Positions 10,082 to 17,647 of a stretch of 32,000 nucleotides of DNA are shown here, in pieces. The stretch is from Pseudoalteromonas translucida KMM 520. GTDB lineage: Bacteria > Pseudomonadota > Gammaproteobacteria > Enterobacterales > Alteromonadaceae. The first letter of the stretch is position 1, and each line of letters starts with the position of its first letter. The translations under genes and the position numbers were made by a program. The notes below the pieces were generated by a model. It ran no database searches. It saw only the letters and a list, made by a program, of their open reading frames with translations, and was not told the DNA's origin. Where the stretch lies: positions 2,340,001-2,372,000 of the forward strand of contig NZ_CP011034.1 of NCBI RefSeq assembly GCF_001465295.1, written 5' to 3'.

Positions 10082-12700
10082 GTGGCATTACCCAACAAAG
10101 TAAAAAAGTTGCTTAGCGACGCAGAGCAACTGAGTGATTATCGCGATTGTTCTAGCTATTTTTATAAATGGCTTTTTAATGAGTTTTCTAAACAACCGGT
10201 TGGTAATTTAATTAATGCCAGGGCTGAATTCATAGATCGTTTGCTGATCAAACTGTTTCATGTTTATGATTTGGCGCACGAACCCGACCTAGCACTTATA
10301 GCCGTAGGTGGTTATGGCCGAGGTGAGTTGCACCCCTACTCCGACATCGACTTTTTACTGCTAGTAACACAGCAACCAAACGCTGAAATTAGCGAAAAAA
10401 TAGGTCAGTTTGTTACCATGCTTTGGGATCTCAATTTAGAGATTGGCCACAGTGTTCGCACTATAGCGCAAGCCATAGAGCAAAAGCGTGAAGACGTTAC
10501 CTTTGCCACCAGCTTATTAGAAAGCCGGCTTATTTTTGGTAATCATATAGAATTTGAAAAGCTAAAAAACCACATAATTGACACGCCAGTGTGGCGCTCA
10601 AATGAGTTTTTTTTAGCCAAAGTACAAGAGCAACATTTACGCCACCGAAAATGCCACGGCACAGCGTATAATCTCGAACCTAACATAAAAGAAAATCCCG
10701 GTGGCCTGCGCGATCTGCAAACCATTATTTGGGTTGCTAAAAAGCACTTTAGAGCAGAAACCCTACAAGAGCTTATTAGCCATGGCTACCTTACCCACGA
10801 AGAGTTTCAAGAGCTTTCTGAATGCCTAGAAAACTTATGGAATATTCGTTTTGCGCTGCATTTGGCTGCAGGGCGCTCAGAAAACCGCTTACTGTTTGAT
10901 CACCAACCGCAAGCCGCCGAAATTTTGGGCTTTGGTAGCGATGGTAAATCGTCGGTTGAGCGCATGATGAAACGCTTGTTCAGAATAATGAGCCGCGTAC
11001 GTGAGCTAAACCTGATGCTGCTGGCGTACTTTGAGCAAAGTATTTCGCCAAAACACCATCAACCCATTATTCAAGAGCTTGATCGCAATTTTGAGCGTAT
11101 TGGTAATCAAATTAAAGTAAAAAGCCCATCGGTATTTTTTAGACGCGATCAGCTTTTCATGTTATTTGAGCACATTGCCGACAACCCAGAAATAACGCAT
11201 ATTTACCCCAGTACTATTCGCACTATTCGCCAAGTGCGCCGCCGTTTACTAGGCGACTTACAAGATTACGCCGCCTGTCGCGAAGCTTTTTTACGTCTTA
11301 TAAAGCACCCTAATGGTATGGGCCGTGCGTTTACCTTAATGCATAAACACGGCATGCTTGCCGCTTATTTACCACAGTGGCGAAACATATTTGGGCAAAT
11401 GCAATTTGACTTATTTCATGCCTACACAGTAGATGAGCACACCCACAGATTAATAAATAATATTTATCAGTACTTTGATAAAACCGGTGTTAGCGAATTC
11501 CCTATTTGTAGCGAAATAGTCACTCGTATGGATAAACCTGAGCTGCTTTATTTAGCGGGTATATTTCATGACATAGCCAAAGGCCGTGGTGGCGACCACT
11601 CAGAGCTAGGCGCTGTTGACGCACTGGCCTTTGCAAAGTTACATGCCTTTTCTGTCGCCGATGGCAAACTAATCGCATGGCTAGTTAGTAATCATTTACT
11701 TATGTCGGTTACCGCACAACGTAAAGACATAAACGACCCTGGAGTTATTAAAGACTTTGCCACGCGAGTAAAAACAGAGCGCCAACTTGATTATTTATAT
11801 TGTTTAACGGTTGCCGATATACGTGCCACCAACGATAACTTATGGAACGATTGGAAAAACACCCTGCTGCGTGAGCTATATTTACATACGCAACACGCAC
11901 TGCGTTTAGGGCTTGAAAACCCAATGGATCAACGCGACCAAATTCGCGACAAAAAGCATCAAGCTAAACAGCGACTCCTCAACTTAGGCTACATGGAAGA
12001 CCAAATTGATTTAATTTGGAGCCGCTTTAAAGCCAATTACTTTACCGCCTTTAGCGAACAACAAATTTCATGGCACAGCCAGCATTTAGTTAATAGCCAA
12101 GATTTAAGTCAACCGAGTGTTATCGTATCAAATAAAGCGATGCACGGTGGCACCCAAGTATTCGTATACAGTCCTTACTCTGGGCCTTTATTTGCTCGCT
12201 TAGTGAGTGTAATTGGCTCTAAAAAGGCGCAAATACAACACGCGCAAGTGCTTACCACCAAAGATGGCTATGTGCTCTTTAACTTTGTTATTTTAGAAGT
12301 AAATGGCGAGCCAATTGCCAGTGGCAGAGCACAATCAATTAAACGCGCCCTAGAGCAAGCCTTGTTTGACCCGCGTAAAAAAATTCGCTTTAAAAAGAAT
12401 CGCTCGCAACGCTTTAAAGACTTTAATATAAAACCTAAAATTGTGCTGCGCCCGCATCCGCGTAAAGATCGCAGCCTAATTGAAATCCAAGCAATTGATA
12501 TACCCGGCTTATTGACTAAAATAGCCGAAGTTTTTCAAGCACACTTATTACACATACACGCTGCGCGTATCACCACAGTGGGGCAGCGCGCAGAAGATTT
12601 CTTCGTGGTCTCTAATAACGAGTACCAAGCACTTACAGACGAAGAACAAGCCAAAATTCATCAAGCATTGCGTAAAAAACTCAACGCAGAAACCGAATAA
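10082..12700 (+). CDS. glnD: Bifunctional PII uridylyltransferase/uridylyl-removing enzyme
   Basis: 872-aa ORF with a GTG start. It has the nucleotidyltransferase motif GGYGRGELHPYSDIDFLLL, the HD domain (FHDIAKGRGGDH) and two C-terminal ACT-like regions. The map-glnD-dapD order is conserved. Confidence 0.93.
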   Translation: MALPNKVKKLLSDAEQLSDYRDCSSYFYKWLFNEFSKQPVGNLINARAEFIDRLLIKLFHVYDLAHEPDLALIAVGGYGRGELHPYSDIDFLLLVTQQPNAEISEKIGQFVTMLWDLNLEIGHSVRTIAQAIEQKREDVTFATSLLESRLIFGNHIEFEKLKNHIIDTPVWRSNEFFLAKVQEQHLRHRKCHGTAYNLEPNIKENPGGLRDLQTIIWVAKKHFRAETLQELISHGYLTHEEFQELSECLENLWNIRFALHLAAGRSENRLLFDHQPQAAEILGFGSDGKSSVERMMKRLFRIMSRVRELNLMLLAYFEQSISPKHHQPIIQELDRNFERIGNQIKVKSPSVFFRRDQLFMLFEHIADNPEITHIYPSTIRTIRQVRRRLLGDLQDYAACREAFLRLIKHPNGMGRAFTLMHKHGMLAAYLPQWRNIFGQMQFDLFHAYTVDEHTHRLINNIYQYFDKTGVSEFPICSEIVTRMDKPELLYLAGIFHDIAKGRGGDHSELGAVDALAFAKLHAFSVADGKLIAWLVSNHLLMSVTAQRKDINDPGVIKDFATRVKTERQLDYLYCLTVADIRATNDNLWNDWKNTLLRELYLHTQHALRLGLENPMDQRDQIRDKKHQAKQRLLNLGYMEDQIDLIWSRFKANYFTAFSEQQISWHSQHLVNSQDLSQPSVIVSNKAMHGGTQVFVYSPYSGPLFARLVSVIGSKKAQIQHAQVLTTKDGYVLFNFVILEVNGEPIASGRAQSIKRALEQALFDPRKKIRFKKNRSQRFKDFNIKPKIVLRPHPRKDRSLIEIQAIDIPGLLTKIAEVFQAHLLHIHAARITTVGQRAEDFFVVSNNEYQALTDEEQAKIHQALRKKLNAETE

Positions 12701-12709
12701 GAGGACACT

Positions 12710-13540
12710 ATGTCAGATTTAAAAACGATGATCGAAAACGCCTGGGATAACCGCGATAGCATTAGCCCAAGCACAGTATCTGTTGAAGTAAAGCAAGCCA
12801 TTATTGACGCGCTTGACCTGCTAGACAGTGGCGCAGCACGCGTTGCTGAAAAAATATCGGGTGAATGGGTAGTACACCAATGGCTTAAAAAAGCGGTTTT
12901 ACTGTCGTTCCGTATTCGCGAAAACCAAGCAATGGACGATGGCGTAAATCAGTTTTACGACAAAGTACCACTTAAATTTAGCGACTACACGCCGGAGCAA
13001 TTTAAACAAGGCGGCATGCGCGTAGTGCCTAATGCTGTTGCGCGTAAAGGCAGCTTTGTAGGTAAAAACGTAGTACTTATGCCATCGTATGTAAACATTG
13101 GCGCATACGTTGACGACGGCACCATGGTTGATACATGGGCCACTGTAGGCTCGTGTGCACAAATTGGTAAGAACGTACACTTATCAGGTGGCGTAGGCAT
13201 AGGCGGTGTTTTAGAGCCATTACAAGCTAACCCAACCATCATCGAAGACAACTGTTTTATCGGCGCTCGCTCTGAAATTGTTGAAGGCGTAATTGTTGAA
13301 GAAGGCGCGGTAATTTCAATGGGCGTTTACATCAGCCAAAGTACCCGTATTTATGACCGTGAAACCGGCGAAATTCACTACGGCCGCGTACCAGCAGGCG
13401 CAGTAGTAGTCCCTGGCGCACTACCTTCAAAGGACGGTAGCCACAGCCTTTATGCTGCAATTATAGTGAAAAAAGTAGATAAGCAAACTCGCGAAAAAGT
13501 AGGCATCAACGCCCTGCTTCGCTCAATTGATGAAGAATAG
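12710..13540 (+). CDS. dapD: 2,3,4,5-tetrahydropyridine-2,6-dicarboxylate N-succinyltransferase
   Basis: 276-aa ORF with a [21 protein letters not shown] and the hexapeptide-repeat C-terminal half match E. coli DapD (274 aa). Confidence 0.95.
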   Translation: MSDLKTMIENAWDNRDSISPSTVSVEVKQAIIDALDLLDSGAARVAEKISGEWVVHQWLKKAVLLSFRIRENQAMDDGVNQFYDKVPLKFSDYTPEQFKQGGMRVVPNAVARKGSFVGKNVVLMPSYVNIGAYVDDGTMVDTWATVGSCAQIGKNVHLSGGVGIGGVLEPLQANPTIIEDNCFIGARSEIVEGVIVEEGAVISMGVYISQSTRIYDRETGEIHYGRVPAGAVVVPGALPSKDGSHSLYAAIIVKKVDKQTREKVGINALLRSIDEE

Positions 13541-13543
13541 CTA

Positions 13544-13577
13544 GTAGGTTGGGCTGAGTGCAACGAAACCCAACTAC
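13544..13577 (+). repeat. REP-like element (GTAG + imperfect palindrome), copy 1
   Basis: The sequence is GTAGGTTGGGCTGAGTGCAACGAAACCCAACTAC. GTAG(G)TTGGG pairs with CCCAACTAC, and the 5' GTAG is as in classical REP sequences. An inverted, diverged second copy lies at 14756-14779. Confidence 0.55.
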
Positions 13578-13620
13578 ACTTTAAAGTTAAGTGTTTTAGC
13601 TGAACTTTAATTGTATATTT

Positions 13621-13654
13621 AAAAGCTCTAGACCATTAGTCTAGAGCTTTTTTG
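13621..13654. terminator. Bidirectional terminator shared by dapD (+) and the orphan gene (-)
   Basis: In AAAAGCTCTAGAC-CATTA-GTCTAGAGCTTTTTT the arms form an 11-bp perfect stem, flanked by an A-run on one side and a T-run on the other. It ends 1 nt before the stop of the minus-strand ORF. Confidence 0.7.
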
Positions 13655-13655
13655 T

Positions 13656-14633
13656 TTAAAAATTTAAATCCATTACTGATGTATATTTAGTAGTTAAATT
13701 ATTCATCTCTTCTGCTGTATTATTTGAATTAATCAACTTAATTAGCTCTTTAAGTTCTGGAATTACACCCTGTTGGAAATTAAACTTATCTTGGTATGTT
13801 TTTAAGAATTCAAGGGTACTTAATAACTCTTTCACTTTTGTACTTTCACCAATAAAGTAACCTTTATCGTGGTGAAAATCTGTTATCTCATCAAACATTG
13901 AATTTAAATATGAGTAACCAATATGGTGGTTTTTTATTTTTTCACTTGAATTAGTAATTAGATTAGTTATCAAATTAACTTTGATTATGAGCTGAGTTTC
14001 TATCCTTGATGATAAATATTTTATTTTTTCATCTAAACTCCCTTCTGATAAGTTATGAAATAACTCTGCTTTAGAAAACCCAATTAAGCATTTGTCGCCG
14101 TATATTTTGGAATCCAAGCACCTTTCAATAACCTTCTCAGATTGTTCTATTCTTTTGAAAATATGTTCTTCATGGGCGCTTTGCTGCATAAGTCGAATTT
14201 GTTCTTCTGTTGCAGAAGCTTGCTTTTCATTAGCTGCTATTAATTTTTCAGTCAATACTCGCTGTTGCTTAGACTCATCTACTTGCAGCTCAAATGACTC
14301 TTTCGCTATTTTTTCTTGCTCTAAATTATTTTTTGCAGTTTCAGAAGCACTTTTGGCTGAATTAGCTAACTCTCTTTGCTGTAAAGCTAATGAATATATT
14401 AATAAAACCATTGTAAAAAAAGTAAGTAATGGATTTAAAACCCCACCGAAAAAATCCCCCATAGCTCCCCATTCACCTCTATTGGCAGGAGGTTTAAACC
14501 AAGAAAAAGTGCTGTTATATGTGTAGAAAGCCAAAAATGTTGCACCAAACACTATTAAAAGAGTTAGTGCTATAGCTACTTTTGAATTATTTTCGATAAA
14601 TTTAAGTAGTTGATTCTCTGTTTTTTCGTTCAT
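13656..14633 (-). CDS. Orphan inner-membrane protein: 2 TM helices + long coiled coil + unassigned helical C-terminal domain; putAbiC-like N-terminal module (candidate abortive-infection/defence effector)
   Basis: 325-aa ORF with an AAGGA SD 7 nt before the ATG. TM1 spans about residues 18-39 and TM2 about residues 61-84. The motif WGAMGDFFGGVLNPLLTFFTMVLLIYSLALQQREL precedes an E/K/Q-rich heptad region (about residues 85-165). The gene is very AT-rich compared with its neighbours. The family assignment is from memory only. Confidence 0.8.
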   Translation of the reverse strand: MNEKTENQLLKFIENNSKVAIALTLLIVFGATFLAFYTYNSTFSWFKPPANRGEWGAMGDFFGGVLNPLLTFFTMVLLIYSLALQQRELANSAKSASETAKNNLEQEKIAKESFELQVDESKQQRVLTEKLIAANEKQASATEEQIRLMQQSAHEEHIFKRIEQSEKVIERCLDSKIYGDKCLIGFSKAELFHNLSEGSLDEKIKYLSSRIETQLIIKVNLITNLITNSSEKIKNHHIGYSYLNSMFDEITDFHHDKGYFIGESTKVKELLSTLEFLKTYQDKFNFQQGVIPELKELIKLINSNNTAEEMNNLTTKYTSVMDLNF

Positions 14634-14755
14634 GTATATCCTTATAAATTTGTATTTATCTCATATTTAATAATGAGAGCGCATTTTAGTCTAGCTTTTA
14701 AAGAAATAGCCAAAAATTAAGTTGTAAGCTAAATACTATAAATAGCTAAACCATA

Positions 14756-14779
14756 GGGTTTCGCTTCACTCAACCTACG
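14756..14779 (-). repeat. REP-like element, copy 2 (inverted relative to copy 1, degenerate)
   Basis: The minus strand reads CGTAGGTTGAGTGAAGCGAAACCC. Aligned to copy 1 it matches 21 of 23 positions with one 4-nt indel (GGCT). TAGGTT can pair with AACC(C)TA. Confidence 0.5.
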
Positions 14780-14828
14780 CCGATAAAATTAACGCCGAGT
14801 TACAGCTCATCGATAGCTCGCCCTCCCT

Positions 14829-14863
14829 AAAAAGCAAAAAGGCACTTAAAAATAAGTGCCTTT
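14829..14863 (-). terminator. phhB terminator
   Basis: AAAGGCACTTA (14838-14848) pairs with TAAGTGCCTTT (14853-14863), an 11-bp stem. On the minus strand it is followed by TTTTTGCTTTTT. It lies 26 nt downstream of the phhB stop. Confidence 0.65.
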
Positions 14864-14888
14864 GTTGGGTTGCTCAATTAGTTTGGTA

Positions 14889-15233
14889 TTACAGCGCGTT
14901 AAATACGTCATCTGTTTTAGCTGCGCAAATAAAATCGTTTTTGTGTAGGCCTTTAATTGAATGGCTCCACCATGTAACCGTTACTTTGCCCCACTCGGTT
15001 AATAAACCTGGGTGATGGCCTTCGTCTTCAGCCATGTCGCCTACTTTGTTAGTAAACGCGATAGCTTGTTTAAAGTTTTTAAATTTGTAAACACGCTCAA
15101 GCTGCATAATGCCATCGCGTACTTCAGGTACCCAATCAGGGATTTTGGTAATTAATTGCGCTAGCTCTTCGTCTGATACTTTTGGCGCATCGGCATGACA
15201 GGCTTCGCATTTTTGTGCACTTAATGAAGACAT
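14889..15233 (-). CDS. phhB: Pterin-4a-carbinolamine dehydratase
   Basis: 114-aa ORF with the PCD/DCoH core [31 protein letters not shown]. It lies immediately downstream of phhA (39-nt gap), the classical phhAB pair. Confidence 0.92.
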   Translation of the reverse strand: MSSLSAQKCEACHADAPKVSDEELAQLITKIPDWVPEVRDGIMQLERVYKFKNFKQAIAFTNKVGDMAEDEGHHPGLLTEWGKVTVTWWSHSIKGLHKNDFICAAKTDDVFNAL

Positions 15234-15272
15234 TTTAAATCCTTATCTTTAGCGTTACTTTTTATATTAAAG

Positions 15273-16070
15273 TTAACTAGCTAATTTTTCTTTTGGTGAA
15301 AATTTTGGGTCGTGTAAGCCAAGTTCTTTTGCTTGTTCAACCAAAGCCATTATATCCATTTGCGATATATCAAACAGATCATGAATCGAATTTATGGTGT
15401 AGTACTGTGGTTGCATAATATCAATTCGGTACGGGGTACGCAGCACATCTAATACACTCATTGGCGTTATTTCTGGCGTGTTTGAGTATACATACTGGGT
15501 TTCTCCTGGGCTTGATAAAATACCACCGCCGTATATGCGCAAACCATTATCGGTTTGCATTAAACCAAATTCAACGGTAAACCAGTACATACGCGCTAGA
15601 TATACACGATCTTTTTTCTCTGCCGCGTAGCCAAGTTTTCCGTACTTATGCGTAAACTCTGCAAAATCAGGGTTAGTGAGCATAGCGCAGTGACCAAATA
15701 TTTCATGAAACACATCTGGTTCTTGTAGGTAATCAAACTCATCACGGCTACGAATAAAAGTCGCTACCGGAAATTGCTTGTTGGCCAGTAACCGAAAAAA
15801 CTCATCAAAGTCGATAAGTGCCGGCACTGGCGCTACTTGCCAGCCGGTAGTGGCTAGCAGCACTTCGTTTAGTTCACTAAGTTGCGGAATACGATCGTGT
15901 GGCAAGTTTATTTTTTTTAAACCTTCCATATATTCGTCACAGGCTTTGCCTTCAATGCACGCAAGTTGGCGTGCTACGAGCTCAGACCAAATTTTATTTT
16001 CTTCATCGCTCCAATGTATAACGCCATTTTCATCTGGTGTTTTGGAGGTGTATTTACTTGCTTTAGCCAT
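15273..16070 (-). CDS. phhA: Phenylalanine 4-hydroxylase (bacterial, monomeric type)
   Basis: 265-aa ORF with the aromatic amino acid hydroxylase iron-binding region (EPDVFHEIFGHCAMLTNPDFAEF ... YWFTVEFGL). Confidence 0.93.
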   Translation of the reverse strand: MAKASKYTSKTPDENGVIHWSDEENKIWSELVARQLACIEGKACDEYMEGLKKINLPHDRIPQLSELNEVLLATTGWQVAPVPALIDFDEFFRLLANKQFPVATFIRSRDEFDYLQEPDVFHEIFGHCAMLTNPDFAEFTHKYGKLGYAAEKKDRVYLARMYWFTVEFGLMQTDNGLRIYGGGILSSPGETQYVYSNTPEITPMSVLDVLRTPYRIDIMQPQYYTINSIHDLFDISQMDIMALVEQAKELGLHDPKFSPKEKLAS

Positions 16071-16213
16071 TAGTACCTTCTTTGGGGTTAACCCGAAACC
16101 GGTGTCAGGGTGATACCCAAGTAACTTGGATACCGATTGCAGCCATACTATGCAAAAGTGAACAAAAGTTTAATAGCTTGGGCTACATCTGTATTAGCCA
16201 CGATCAGTCATCT

Positions 16214-16231
16214 TGTACACTTAAAATTACA
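16214..16231. promoter_or_regulatory. Candidate TyrR/PhhR box upstream of phhA
   Basis: TGTACA-cttaaa-ATTACA matches the TyrR box consensus TGTAAA-N6-TTTACA at 10 of 12 defined positions. It lies about 145-160 nt upstream of the phhA ATG. Confidence 0.3.
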
Positions 16232-16308
16232 TGCTAGTAAATAATTCAAAACAACCTAGCAGGTACAAGCTTTAAAAGCGGACTTAACCGTACACAATTA
16301 AATACACT

Positions 16309-17490
16309 CTAAAAAATTTGAGTGAATGCCTGATGAAGATCATCAACAATATCGTTAACATCTTCAAGTCCAACCGAAAGCCTAATTAATCCATCGCTAA
16401 TACCTGCAGCGAGTCTTTCCTCTGGTGTGTAAGGTGAATGGGTCATAGAGGCTGGATGCTGAATAAGTGTTTCAGCGTCGCCTAAACTTACGGCTATTGT
16501 ACAAAGCCTCATACTATCAATAAATTGCGCCCCCTGTTGCAAGCTACCTTTTAGCTCAAAAGCAATTACACCGCCTGCCGCTTTCATTTGTTTACCAATA
16601 AATTTATATCCAGGGTGCGACTTAAGCCCAGGATAGTAAACTTTGCTTACTTGTGGGTGCGCTTCTAAGTATTCGGCAATTATTTGCGCGCTTACGCAGT
16701 GGCGCTCAATTCTTATGGCGAGGGTTTTTAAACCTCTATTAATAAGCCAAGCATCGTGCGGGCTTATAGTGGCGCCAATATCTTTAAGCACCGTCATTTT
16801 TATTAGCGTTATATGCTCCATAGATCCACATACAATGCCGGCTACCACATCGCCGTGGCCGTTTAAATATTTGGTAGCACTGTGTACTATAATATCGATA
16901 CCGTACTGCTTAGGTGATTGGAGTAATGGCGTTAAAAAGGTGTTGTCGACCACGCTAATTAAGTTGTGTTGTTTAGCAACGGCACCAATTAATGCTAAAT
17001 CGATAACCGCCATAGTGGGGTTAATAGGCGTTTCTACAAATATCATTTTTGAATTAGGTTTAATCGCAGCACGCAGTTCATCCTCGTTGGTCATATCAAC
17101 AAAGGTGACTTCTATTCCCCAGCGCGGCAACATGTGCGAGAAAAACGCAAAGGTACACCCATATAAAGCACTCGATGCAATTAAATGATCCCCTTGCGAT
17201 AAAAAGCTAAGTACTGAGGCCGATACCGCCCCCATACCGGTTGCCGTTGCTGCAGCCGCTTCACAGCCCTCTAATTGCGCTACTTTTTGCTCAAGCTCGC
17301 TAGTAGTTGGGTTGCCTAGGCGGGTATAAATATAGCCCAGCTCATCGCCTGCAAAACGTGCTGCACCCTGCGCGGCATTTTCAAAATGAAAAGTTGAGGT
17401 TTGATACAAAGGAGAAGTGAGTGCGCCGTGAGGGTCGTTTGCTTTTTGTGGGCCGTGAATACATTGGGTGTTTATATGATGCTTGCTCAT
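16309..17490 (-). CDS. Methionine gamma-lyase-type PLP enzyme (Cys/Met metabolism family)
   Basis: 393-aa ORF with the PLP-lysine motif SATKYLNGHGD. YGCTFAF and GNPT motifs are typical of methionine gamma-lyase/cystathionine gamma-synthase family enzymes. Exact substrate specificity cannot be decided from the sequence alone. Confidence 0.85.
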   Translation of the reverse strand: MSKHHINTQCIHGPQKANDPHGALTSPLYQTSTFHFENAAQGAARFAGDELGYIYTRLGNPTTSELEQKVAQLEGCEAAAATATGMGAVSASVLSFLSQGDHLIASSALYGCTFAFFSHMLPRWGIEVTFVDMTNEDELRAAIKPNSKMIFVETPINPTMAVIDLALIGAVAKQHNLISVVDNTFLTPLLQSPKQYGIDIIVHSATKYLNGHGDVVAGIVCGSMEHITLIKMTVLKDIGATISPHDAWLINRGLKTLAIRIERHCVSAQIIAEYLEAHPQVSKVYYPGLKSHPGYKFIGKQMKAAGGVIAFELKGSLQQGAQFIDSMRLCTIAVSLGDAETLIQHPASMTHSPYTPEERLAAGISDGLIRLSVGLEDVNDIVDDLHQAFTQIF

Positions 17491-17647
17491 TGAATACTCT
17501 CTTATTTTGATTGTTATTGGGTATTAGCCTTCAATCAAAACGTATGGGCATTCAAAGCACAAGCATCCCGGATGCTCAGATGGCTACTTGTGCACTATTT
17601 ATACTTTTAGCTGTACATAAATATTGCCAAGTGTTTTTTAATACTGC

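Noticed and set aside
14092-14526. 144-aa plus-strand ORF inside the orphan gene
   Set aside because: It is antisense to the coiled-coil region. Its Ser/Cys/Leu/Phe-rich composition is what the reverse complement of GAA/AAA/CAA-rich codons produces. It has no SD and no recognisable motif. The minus-strand frame has coherent TM/coiled-coil architecture.
16127-16140. sigma54-like TGGATA-CCGA-TTGC on the plus strand upstream of phhA
   Set aside because: The -24/-12 spacing is one nucleotide short, the -24 element is poor (TGGATA), and it points away from phhA into the 3' end of a convergent gene.
16643-17188. 181-aa plus-strand ORF antisense to the methionine gamma-lyase gene. Similar antisense ORFs occur at 1110-1355, 1920-2153, 2208-2510, 2598-2798, 3168-3386, 3586-3801, 5945-6220, 7297-7690, 7934-8155, 8361-8633, 9779-10003, 10543-10725, 12899-13251, 15778-16113, 18493-18678, 19829-20011, 20546-20746, 21161-21433, 22181-22363, 24101-24298, 25640-25828, 27346-27588, 29436-29639 and 31258-31515.
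   Set aside because: All lie fully or mostly within strongly supported genes on the opposite strand. They have low-complexity or odd composition and no motifs I recognise. I treat them as shadow ORFs.
17507-17538. 7-bp inverted repeat TTGATTG-N18-CAATCAA just upstream of the methionine gamma-lyase SD
   Set aside because: It is short, AT-rich and has a large loop. It could be an operator or a UTR hairpin, but it is not distinguishable from chance in AT-rich intergenic DNA without comparative data.
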